Shown here: in pieces, positions 52,042 to 64,000 of the stretch
How the letters are laid out: the number at the start of each line of letters is the position of its first letter
Position numbering within the stretch: position 1 is the first letter of the stretch
DNA from: Tubulanus polymorphus
Lineage: Eukaryota > Animalia > Nemertea
NCBI RefSeq assembly: GCF_964204645.1
Contig: NC_134027.1
Coordinates: 8,712,485 to 8,776,484, forward strand
DNA length: 64,000 nt
Reading direction: 5' to 3'
Position numbers and translations under genes: made by a program
Notes under the pieces: generated by a model
Seen by the model: the letters and a program-made list of their open reading frames with translations, nothing else
Database searches by the model: none
What the model was told of the DNA's origin: nothing

Positions 52042-55000
52042 AGAAATTAAGAATTTAGATTTGGAAAAAATTTCTATAAATTGCCGTTAGCAAATTTGGG
52101 GGACTCTAACGTTGGGGTATATTTACTGGGGGGGGGGATTATTACCTGTTATCAATTTAGGGCACTATTACCTCAGGGTATATTTACCCGTGGATTTTTG
52201 CCAGGGGGATTTTTACTTAGAGGAATTTGTAAGAGGGATATTTGCTGAGAGATTCTTACCTATTATCAGTTGTCTCTCAGCCACTATTTTTTAATTAAGC
52301 CGATCCATTGATTTATTCAATATTAATCAATGAAGACCCGATGATTGTTCATTCCGATTCATTTCGCATCGCTTATTTAATAAAAAAAAACATAGAACTG
52401 CTAAAACCAACCTAGCTGTACGTCTGTTGACACCCGCCAGCGAAAGTAATCTCATAAAAGCCATACAAATAGCTGAAATCAATTCCGAAAATAGTAGATT
52501 GATTGGGGTGATAAACAAACACCATTTTTGAGACGCATTTCATTTGTGTTGCGTCGCAATAGTTAGGGCTGATATTAGCTCATTCCATTCCTACAGCTTC
52601 ACCGACGCCGCCAATAATGACATTCAATTAACACACTTGGAGGAATCAATTTTTTCCCGTCACCCTCTAAGCGGTAGTAATGACGAATTCAATTCGGACA
52701 TCATCATCCCAAGAATCTTGTCGTCGAATGAAAGTGAATGTGTTGGAACTTAAATGACACACGCCTCTCATCTAACTCCGAGTCGCAGACGCTACAGGTG
52801 CGTGGCCTAAAAAGGTTATATCAGTTTGGAGATGTTTTTTAACATTTTTCCCGATATGGATTAAAAAATGATGTCTTTGGGTATGTTGATCATTGAACAA
52901 CCAGAAAGATTAGATATGAGCACATTTTGATCAAGGGTAAGTAAGTACACCAACAGCAGTGTTTGCCTTGGGGAATGTGAACCATTCTCTTGTCTTCGCC
53001 TTTTGTAGCGGCATGAGAAATGAGACCCAAAGATGTTCAAAAATAATGGTTGGCTTAAAACGTATTGCTAAAATGAATTATAGGTATACGATTAGCCTTC
53101 GGTGTATCTGACCAAATGGCGAAATTTCTATACGGCTTAGGTTGTTGCTGCGTTGTTTGAACACCACAAATTACTGACCGAGTTCATTCTCTCTCGGCAA
53201 CATATTTATATGCAGCACAATACAAGAGCAAAACCACCAAACATTAAAGGGGAGGTGATATCATTGCGAAGAAATTTCGCCTAGCTGAACAGGTTCTTAG
53301 AACGGAGTGATAAATACTTCTACTGCCCGCGTCGAAACAACCTGGCAAGAATTATTCGTATATTTTTGATACATAAAAAAGCAAAACATCCGAAATAACA
53401 AGTGCTTAGGCCCACTATAAGATTTTTAGGAAAGGAGTGTTTGCAAGATGTTCCCTGAAATAGGCTCATTTCACAATGATGCCATAAATCAGATGAGAAG
53501 TGACTATAGTGAACTGAACTTCGGTGACTGTAGAGTGAACAAGTAAAAAAAGTTTATTTTTTAACAGTTTTGGGGTAACTTCTAAACCCCATCACCAGAG
53601 AAACTAAAATTATACAATGATGGGAAATATCTTTCGACGTTTTTCATTTTTGTCGTTCATGAAAACTGATACAATTATGCTTTCTTTATGACGACGAACC
53701 TGTCTAGTTAAAAGCAGATTTGAAGGTCCAGCAGGCAACTTCGAGACGGCCGAACTTTCCAATAACCGGCCGTATACGCCCGAGGGGGTAGTTAGTTATA
53801 AATATTAAATATCTGCATTAGATACCTAGCTTCCTTCAACGTGTTGGCTCATTGACGGCCTTAGACATATTGCCTTCGTATAGAAGTTACAAGCAGAACA
53901 CTCAGCAATATACTGTCAGCGAGGCGATGGAAACCTTATAAACACTTGACGAGGAACCTTTGTTCTATAAGTGTAAGAAAAACTAACACGCAGTCGGTTT
54001 AATGTTCCGTTGGAAGGATAAGATACTGGCTGAGAAATCACACCTCTTGTACAGCTATGAAGTTGCGAAGATATACTAACTGATTTTGTTGGGAAAAAAG
54101 CTGTGATCGTCGTCACACACTGTGTCATGAATATAACATCAAATACCGGTCAGCTGATAAAAGTAAAAGAGTGGCTGATGATATTTCAATGACAACATCA
54201 ATCATTTGCTAACTAGTCTGTAGTTGGCATTCAGTTGCGTGTATAACGTCGCATAGAAAAAGATCATTATAAGAGATTGCAATGTCTGAGGTTATCGTCC
54301 ACATGACCTAAACGTTTTACCGCTATTTTATACCACAAGTATATGCTCTTTTTACCAGGTGTTTGCTTGTTCCGCGACAAGAACTAGTTATTTCATGAAG
54401 TAACTTAATAGAAAAATTCCGATTATATATATATATAAGTATTTTCCGAGTTACTAATGATTCAGAGAGATGTAGATACTATTCTAATAGATTCTAAAAC
54501 ATGGACTCTAATGAAATAATGGAAACTAGTTATCCATTCAATGGATAACTAGGTTTGATTATGGGCTTTCGTTTTAGAGTCCATGAGTACACTCATCGAG
54601 AGAAGGTATTGTTTTTAGACGGTTATTAGAGATGCACTACAGATGATGAACTACCATTTCACCGGAGGCTGGTAAACAGACTAAGTTTGACAACTTGATT
54701 TAAACCGGATTACATTTCATTAGAATCGCATGCGCCGGGTTAAAGATAGTACCTGCTGTCTATGAAATTGGAAACAATCTATCTTGCGCAGTGCTAGACA
54801 AATGCAACCGACTGTAGTTTATTGGCCAGGAGTTTGTCTTTACTTCATGTCGGGATATACCAGACACTTCAGTAATGAGGTAAACAACGGTATGATTGTT
54901 CCTTTAAAAAAACACTGACACCAGACCAACACAGGAAATCGAATGTATTCATCTTTCGTGGCAACCTTCTGACATTTCATCTAATCATGAACTGACCATC

Positions 55001-55197
55001 ACTTCAGTCAGAATTGCCCCCGACGAGATTTGTGACGATGGGCAGACAATCCTTCAACGAGGCACCCGACCGGCGTGTGAACAAGTTTCAAGATCAATCA
55101 CAAAAACTGAAACGATTTATTTACATTCGTTTACAGCTAATGCTAACGAAGATTCAGAGGAATTGGAAAGGCTGCATGTAAATATGGCATTCCATTT

Positions 55198-55428
55198 AAG
55201 GGTGGATTAAGGGGGTAGACTGGACAGGGTCGAATGTGGCCTCCAGAAAGTCTGGAAAGTTTTAAATTTCAATAGATCCAAATGGGCCCTGATAAGAGCC
55301 AGAAATGCCCCATTTTGACCTAAATTTTCTGCTGGAGGGGCCACCAAGTTTTCGCGTCGGAAGCCCTCGTATTGCCTAATTATCCTTTTTCAAATTAAGT
55401 GCCCATTCCAAATTCCAGGTCCACCCCT
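55198..55428. mobile_element. MITE-like insertion with GC-rich terminal inverted repeats
   Basis: agggtgga...tccacccct termini around a GC-richer body. Confidence 0.4.
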
Positions 55429-58400
55429 TCAAAGAATCTGCCCTTGACTATTCAACTCTAAGAACAAACATTTTTCTGAGCCGCTGTAGTGTAGATGGAT
55501 GGATGCAGGCTCCTCAGTAAAGTGGCAATACTTCACCATCGCGTGCGAGAAAAAATATCGAGCTACAGGTTTATCCAATAAACAAAATGATGAACCAGTT
55601 TTACTCAGAAAAGAAAAATGAAAGTGTACCTATATTTTCGGAAGGAATGTCGGATATGGGGATCCGTGCTTTGTTTTTTTTTCTCCTGAAAACATTTCAA
55701 AACGTGCGCGCATTTGAATAGCTATGAACTTTTTGAGTGTTTTTCTTTTGAATTAAACGGCAATACTGAGTCACGTGATACAATTGAAGTGGATCCAAGT
55801 TAGCACCGATGAACCCTGGATTGAAGTTGGTACACGTAGAGTCAGGTGAACCAAATGTCTTTATGCTGGCCAAAACTTGAAAGCTGGTTCATCAAAGACA
55901 TATCGACCGATTTTTCATTCCATAATGATTCGGTGGGTTTTTATCACGATGCACTCGGCCGTCATCATGAATCTGATTTCCTTCAATGTAAAAAGCTCTT
56001 AAAGTTGACTGACAGCGAATACCGGTGACTCCCACGAGTAATGGTCCATAAGACACGGAAATTACTACCCGGTTTTACTTAGAGATTGCCATCAAAAAAT
56101 TTGCCCCGTACGTAGTCATGTCGAATGGCATTGAGAACTAGACGAGAAGGACATGGTGGTCGTTGTTATTGTTGGCATCATCAATGCCACAATGTTCTCG
56201 TGACTCGGTGTTTGTTTGACATAAATATTGGTAGTTGGTAGGCTCAACCCCAAGAACGTACGTCACCGCTAGATTTGGTATTAATGAAAAGTTGAACCAA
56301 AGCACTTTATAGTGAAACAGATTGTCGATGTCGTACAAAAATTGTTGCTATTCCGGACTCGATGCTCAAGATATTGATTACATTATGCTACTGACTGGCT
56401 AATGAGTCTAAGTCATATGCGGCATATAAATTTCTCCTTCAAAACATTGTATAATCCTTTGATTTTATTTTGTATTCTTCGATTTTTCACCATATCTGTC
56501 ATGACGTGCACCACATTAGTTGCGGTTTCATCGACAAAATCGTAACTTTTTTGCTGGAAGCATAAATGAAAGCAAACACTTTTTGTCGCATGTCAGAATC
56601 CGATCGGCAGAATAGAAAAAGTCCGTGGAAAGACTATGAAAGAGATATCTCCGTACAAAGATTCGTGATAAACATCTAAAATCAATCGTCTTTTTTGATA
56701 TAAATCGGCTTTGAGCCGATGCATCTCGGGGAGATGTGCATATTTGATCGGAAAATGCGGAAGAAATGCGCTTAATAAAGAGCAAAGAAAAAAGATATAA
56801 CAAAGAATACAGCATGGATTACTTCGGAACATCATATGAATTCGAGAATGAACTCGGATTTCGAATTGGGTCGAATTACAGAAATTCTGTAAGGCTTAAA
56901 GGAATTTACGTGAAAGAGATTCGAACGAAAGGGTACAATGCTTATGACAGAAGCTTACTCATCTAGTGAGATAAAGTCGAATGAACCCAGGGACGTACTC
57001 AATTTGATTTTTTAGTTTTTAGCGCCTACGTCAACAATGAGAGATAATCCCTGGTCAATCTATTGGCTAAATGAACTAAGATAAGTAAGGATTATTTCTT
57101 ACATTTATTGGAGTAAGGAGTACCTAAGTTTGAAATTTTGGAATTATTTGATCATCTCTATGAAAGTCCTCATCTTCTTAATGGCCAGGTAAAAAGCTAC
57201 TAGAGGGGTTTCGATAACATGGAGACTACTGCACCTCGGGTTAAGAAGCCTTGTAGAAATCCCTTCAAAAGAAACCGCAACTTCTCGTATAAAGTAACTT
57301 CTCAATACAAGTAGTACCGCAGCAAAATTATAGCTTAAATCGCGAAATTACCGAGATCGGCGTAACACGTGTAATTTGTGCACCATCACTAGTCGCAGCA
57401 AACATTGATTCGGTTGATTAGGAATGCAACAGTCAAAATCAAACCAATAAACCTAACTTGAAGCATCCAATGGAGAGAAACTAACCAACTGAAAGTAACT
57501 GTTAGATTACAGAAGTCTATTGGCTTATCATATATATGCTCAGATCAAAACACAAACACTAGGATTGAAGATGTGGAAGTTAAAGTTATCAACGCGGCCC
57601 TAGCATGTATCATAACTGATTACTGTGCCGATAAATCTTTAGACAAATAGACCGTTTTGAAATAAGTTCCCTGTCAAACTCTGTGGTAGGCTCGTACCCC
57701 TGGACACAGACTGTAAGCCGAAGATAAAGTTTGAAGGCAAACTGTTTGGCGATAGTTGGGGAACCGTACACAATGCGGACGTCCGATGATGATCTCGAGT
57801 GTGTAGTATTTTTTACGAGTAATCTCATCGTTCATACTGTCAATGATCAAACCCATGCGCCTCGCATTCCTCAATTCGATATCATTCTTTTACGTCTCCA
57901 GCCTCCTCTTGAATGACAGGTCAACATTATCGCGATGCCAAGATCATCGGTCTGATGTTGACAGCGCGGCATTTATTTCTGGTAGAATGTTTATTCGTGA
58001 GGAATTTTGCATCCTCAGTGGCCGCGTTTGATGCCGTAATGCGTGTGTATTTTGTCTCGTCATGTGTGAGTATGAAAAATGCAGCTTTCAAGATGTGTCC
58101 TGAAATAGGCGTGACGCTTCCAATACATTCGTAGATGGAACAGTGGAAGCACTTTTAACATGAAGTTTACCTTTCCCTAACAGAATCGCTAAGGTATGAA
58201 TATGAATGAGGCATCTCCGACGCTACTGCGGTAATCGAGGATTCCACTAATGGCAGGCGAGGATACGCCAGGTTCGCTTGCAGTTACTCGGACTCATCTA
58301 CTTTTCGGTTAAATTCGAATGAACTTTTTTCTTGAAGACAATAACAATCACTGAGTAGAAAAATGAATCTGATGTGTATTTGGTGGGTCTTGGGATAATG

Positions 58401-61400
58401 TATGGATTCGGGAGCCTAAAAATGCAGTTCAAAATTCATTTATAATGAACTAATTTTAAGAATCAGAGCTTGCCACGCTATCTTGAGGAATAGCTAGTGT
58501 TGTAGTTCAGTGTTAAGCAAAACATCTAAAACCCTGACTAGCATTACATAACCTGGGACACCATTTACCAAATGCATGAAAGATCCTGCACTCACGAGAG
58601 GTTTGAAACTAATATTGAGATGCATCAAAGATAACTTATCATTTCGAGGATTTCAGTCACACACTCGGAATCGACAAAAAATCAATGAAATTCGTTGAAT
58701 CGAAAGATCATTATTTCAGTGAACTGCATATCCACGTTGACAGGGTCTAGTTCAATCAAATTGCTTGGCGTATCGTATGACGATATTTTAGAACCGTTCA
58801 TTAAGCTTCGGTTGCGTAAAAATGACTTTGAGCAAATACATTAATCACGCGTATTAATTATTTTTCTATAACCAACCGACCTACCCGGTACTTCGCCACA
58901 ATGATCAATTATGATTAAATGACAATGACAAGCATCAAGCATTTTTCAAGCTTCGAGCACGTAGAGCTCTCTCTGCGCCAGAGACATTAAGAAATAATAT
59001 CAGTTGATGTATAATTCTTAATTCTTGCCGATGGCGAATGTCTTCTCAAACAGGAATCGAAAGAAATATCTCGAAGTACGAAGTTTCTTTGGTAATGTTT
59101 GGATATCGGAAACTTAACTGAAAATTCGCCATCAACGGTGCAAGAAAAGTTGCTGAAATGACTTTTATGTTCGATACTCTAGGAGCATCATACGACGAAA
59201 GTGTAATCTGTGTTGGATAAGAAGCTTAACCATTTGACAGGAAATATTTCCTATCTAACTGTCTCCTATTATGTTCTTTCGATGGATTCACATTCCTAGT
59301 CAACTGGCCATCACCTTAAGGCTGACCTGCGCTAAGCTTTATGATATCGCTAGCCAAAACTGCACTACACTTAAGATTATTTACGCCTGCGAAAAGTAGC
59401 CATGAGAAACTTGACATCAATGGAAGAAAACTGCATACAGAAAGAACATCATTCAAGAGAAGGCCTCTAAGAAACTTGTCATATTGTTTCCCTAGGTTGC
59501 CATTTAATTGAAAAATCTGAAAGCCCAAGGTTGTTTCCCTGGGTTGCCATTGAATAATTTCCTTCCCAATGTATTCCATGTGCGGGGGTAATTAACATTT
59601 ATAACGTGCTTTCATTACCAGAAAAGAAGTAAATAAGCCAATATCGTAAGCTATAGTAAAGCTTCAAATAAATTCAGTTGTTTCATCGATTTAAGTCTTT
59701 TTTGGTAAAGCGTAAGCCTAGATTTGGAATTAGTTCATAACGAACCTTTAAAAACGGAATTTCTAGTCCCTACACTTTTGTAATCTCCTCAATAGCCTGT
59801 TTATGGATTAAGATCTCAGATCTGATCGTATTTAAACAACCACATATCCTTTAGCAAACAGACCCCGAAATCTAAGCCCACTATAAAACAATCAATACCA
59901 TCCACTCTCCAATAACAGTAATTAGGGTAAAATGGTATTCGTAATATAAGTCTGCCTTGAATGTTAACTGCGAAAAATGGTTCCGAATGATTGTAGATCA
60001 AACGATCTATTAACCTACATCACAAGCTCAAGAATTCCCTGCACATGAAAACCAAACAATAAAACTCACTCTGATTCGTGTGGTGTTACAAACTCTTGAA
60101 AATTCTGATAAAGGCTGTACGGGGACCGTAACTGTTTTCTTTAAAAAAACAGTTTAGGTCCCCTTACAGCCATTATCAGCATTCTATGTTATGTAGAACC
60201 ATTGATGAGTTGATGGTCAATATACATTAGCATAGTTTCTGCGAATTGTTGGTTTAATGCAAAATGGACATTTCTCGAATAGAAGTCGATCTTCTTTTGA
60301 TGGAAGCGTGTCCGGGGACATCATATGAAAAAAACTTTTGGAATTTATTCTAAGATGATGGATATCCCGAGGTAAGATCGCCAAAAAGTGTCGATTTTAT
60401 ATGAATAATTTTACTCCTAAGATATTATGCCATGATGAATTCCAAAAAGTTGTAGATTAAAGAAAATTCCCACCATACTTGCTGCCCTGTGGGCATTTTC
60501 ATTAGATTAAAAGGTTTCCAAAGATATTACTCAAAGATAATATCTCAGAGGAGTGAAATATTTCCCAAAATTAAAACCCTTGCTTAATTCATTCCGAGAT
60601 GATACATATCTCAAAGAAAGCCAAATTTTTCAAATTCCAAATGGAAATATCTCCAGGGTAGCCGGTAGTCGGATTTCTATTGATTCAAAACACTTTGGAA
60701 ATTATAACAATGATATCAAGTCAGAAAAAAACGGACGCGGGTTCCCATCTATAGACTTAGTGTGCCAAAGGGGTGGCCTTTTCGGCTCAGTCGTTGAGAA
60801 AAATCCGATATCGCAACGGCACGCCTATGCCATTCCAATTTTTTTGCAGCCAACACAGGCAGAACAGCTCTTGTGAACTTTTTATACGGTGAAGACCTTG
60901 TGGCCACAACGCAAACATAACTGTGGTAAAATATGACCTGAAGGAGAGCTTGCATTCGTAGACAGTACTCGGAATATAGCCCGTCAACACGGCTTTTTCC
61001 CCCATGATTATTGCTGTATCTCAAGATTCGTTCATCCGACACGTGACGACGGCCGCTAACACGCAACTATCCGCGAATGATTATTGAATTTGTCTGTTCT
61101 CGCGCGTTGTGAGAAATCAACGGTCGGCGCGATCGACTCGGTTATTCTTCGGTTGCCTCGGCGATGTTGAAAGCGCGCGTGCAAGTTTACGTAGTCGTAG
61201 AAAGCGATACTTTATTGAGGAATTGTGTTTAATCAGCATAGGCGATGAATTCTCCTCCGAAATGACAAATATTTACGAACGGCTTTTTCCCAGCGCATCA
61301 TTTATCTTTGCAGAGGCGCAACTTTACTTTACGCTCTATGAATATATTACCTCACAAAGCTTAATTCGACTGGGACTGATGTGTGAACTGGCCTTAGAAT

Positions 61401-61519
61401 AGTTCAATTGAAAGCATTAAGAGATATTTGCGTCTCGAAGTGGTAAAACGATAATATCAACTTGTCCCGTCAAACTCAGGACGACTAAGGTCTGATTTGA
61501 AAAACGAGCATATGATCGG

Positions 61520-62295
61520 TGGACTGCCAGGGCAAGGACTTCGTAGTTGTCGACTAGGGGCTAATAAACGACGTGTCGGCCATCTTGGAAATAGGTCCGA
61601 ACTGCAGCGACCGTGAAGAAGACTGTGAATCTTCTAATATGTTATTGTAACATAATAAAGATGTTCATTTATTGTCAAATTATTTAAGTCCATTTTTGAT
61701 ATTGTGTATTTATCTGCTCCGTGCAAATTTCTTTTCTTGAGCAATAAACTTTGAATTGAATTTCTCAGTCCCGTGGTTGACTATTTACGGACTATTCTTC
61801 CAAGTAACTGGCATTCGGTTTCACTTAGTTCACAAAATAGTCGATAACCAAAATTTTCTTCTGTCAGTCCTAACGATATGAACGTCAGGGCCAAATTCCA
61901 GTTTTCGAATCTCGTCGACAAGTGGTCGGAACTAATAACCGAATGCACGTAACTTCCGAACTACGTATTTCCAGAATGTAGACTAACTGACATTCAGTTC
62001 CACTTAGTTCGACTATAGTCGACTAACTCAGATAACCGAAGTTGGCCCAGGTTGATTCAACGACCAACCTGGGCCAACTTCGGTTTTCGTAGCTAGTCGA
62101 CTAGTGGTCGAACACACTATAGTTCGGTCGTAACGTATTTCACAGTGTCGGCCATCTTGAACCTAGGTCCGAACTGTAGCGACCGTGCTCAATTGCGTGG
62201 TCGACCATTTCCGGACTATAGTTCCGACTAACGGACATTCGGTTTTATTTAGTTCGACTATAGTCGACTAACTCCGATAACCGAAGGTGGCCCTG
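61520..62295. repeat. Complex repeat of gtcgacta/ccgaac modules with an internal hairpin
   Basis: cggccatcttg...aggtccgaactg.agcgaccgtg at ~61577 and ~62149; tagttcgactatagtcgactaactc at ~62005 and ~62250; inverted repeat at ~62034-62085. Confidence 0.75.
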
Positions 62296-64000
62296 TCGAT
62301 GATACTCAAACTTTTTGTTGGCCACATATAGTTTTAGACTTGTTTTTATGCACGTTTTGTTGGTTGTTGAACAAGCACGAGATCGTTTGACAGCAAAATG
62401 GGTTCTGTAGAAAAACGTCTGATTGGCCAAATCACTAGTAAGCACACACGGCGACCAGCCATAATTATACATATTTATAGAACATACAGTGTGTGGTGAT
62501 CTTTTGTGTATTTCGCAAACTGTCGACGTCAAGATGGAAAATACCCCGGGGAGCCCATTTCTCAGTGTGGTACTTAAAGCATGGATCTCGTGGAAAGTAT
62601 GAAAGTTTTGCTTTGTCAGGCCCATGCTGCGATTTTCAAGGATTTCTTCGTAAAAATATCCGCTACGGTATGAGTAAATGATAAAAGCTAAATGAAAATG
62701 GTCGGAAATTGAAAGAATGGGATGGGGATGATTTGAATCACCCTCGCTTGTCAGTGTCTGATTGCCTTCCGCCGAAGCTCACACCAACCCAAATCCTTTA
62801 CTTGCCCAATATTTGGGCGGACACCATACGTATTAAGCCAATCAGATGCGTTTTTCAATGGCAAATTTGCTACACACACCCGATTGGCTAGATATAGACT
62901 GGTGGCAAGCGAGGATGGGTTGTATACGATTTCCAACCTCAAATCCTACCACATGTCGGGGATTCAAACTATACAGTACATGAAATCTTGTCATACCAGG
63001 CCTTCACTACGACCCTGGACACGATTATTGAATCTTGTACATGTATGATATGAATCCTGCACTTAATCAATTGAAAATGCAAACATCGAACTATACAGTT
63101 TGCGCATATAGTTGTATATTGTTGAACTATCGGCAAATTATTCATTCAATAATTCATTCGCGGCGTTGATATTGCTTGCGATATTTGAAGATTTATTGGC
63201 AATATGTTCGAAATGTCAAGATTATGAATTTTTTCAGCTTTTCATTCGATTTATTATCTGTCGACGCTGTCTATATCCGTCCTGATATCAAATGTCCCCG
63301 CGCTGCTATTAGGTTTTTGTCTCGGATATAAATCGTATGAATCGGAGTAATCGAAGCAAGTGGATGAAAATCATTGATCAGATGAACGGACATATAATGT
63401 ATGAAGGAACTGTTGGAAAGTTCTACATTCCGAGTCCGTTACGAAAAATGATTAGCTCGCTTTTACTTTCACTGGAATTGTAATACGAATCCAGATCTAC
63501 AGTTATAAGTTAATATCTAAGTAAGATAGGTCATTACTCATTGAAAACGAACTAATTTTGATTGAAGAGTTAACTCTAACTCACACTAACTTTGGAACTG
63601 GATCCATGCTAAGGTTTTAGTACATTTCCATAGCACTAAGCGCATATCCGGTTGACTAAGATCCGATCAGATTGCTTCTTTGATCTTCAGTGTCGATTTA
63701 TAAGTTTTCTATGTCATACAAGTTATCTAAAAATTCACTCAATAAACAATATCAATTAAGAATTGGCAAACGCCTATCCTACACGCTAACACAACACATC
63801 TTATTCGTGACAGTAGATTTGATTTGACTCGTGACAAGAATTAATCTAATTTCATCCACGCTCTAATTGAAAAGAGAAAGAAAATGATGCCACACAAATG
63901 ATGTATTTCATCTAAACGTTATAAAAACAACTCAACTAATCATCACTTTTCAATCACGTGTCCTCTTTTTAGCAACGGCTTACCCCGTCAAAGTGGTTTG

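Noticed and set aside
55800-61400. Short ORFs of 60-107 aa
   Set aside because: No recognisable domains and no consistent exon chain found.

Overview
AT-rich, intron-containing animal genomic DNA; an invertebrate, probably a lophotrochozoan (inference from gene content and repeat style). All calls were made by eye, with no database search. (1) ~0.48-15.0 kb: a head-to-tail duplication carrying two intact two-exon Toll-like receptors (864 and 863 aa after splicing). Their TIR proteins are identical, while substitutions cluster on the LRR ligand-binding strands. Both have a long N-terminal extension and a Pro-less BB loop. (2) ~15.7-30.3 kb, minus strand: a gene with a 1042-nt disordered exon and three candidate alternative first exons. 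(3) ~31.7-46.6 kb, minus strand: a stabilin-like EGF/FAS1 scavenger receptor, with 23 phase-consistent exons, a TM helix and an FxNPxY tail. A PAN/Apple domain on a symmetric phase-1 exon sits inside the split EGF where vertebrate stabilins carry the hyaluronan-binding Link module; this is the most novel-looking signal. (4) ~46.7-64 kb: no confident coding exons, only promoter-like motif clusters, palindromic MITE-like repeats and decayed transposon fragments.
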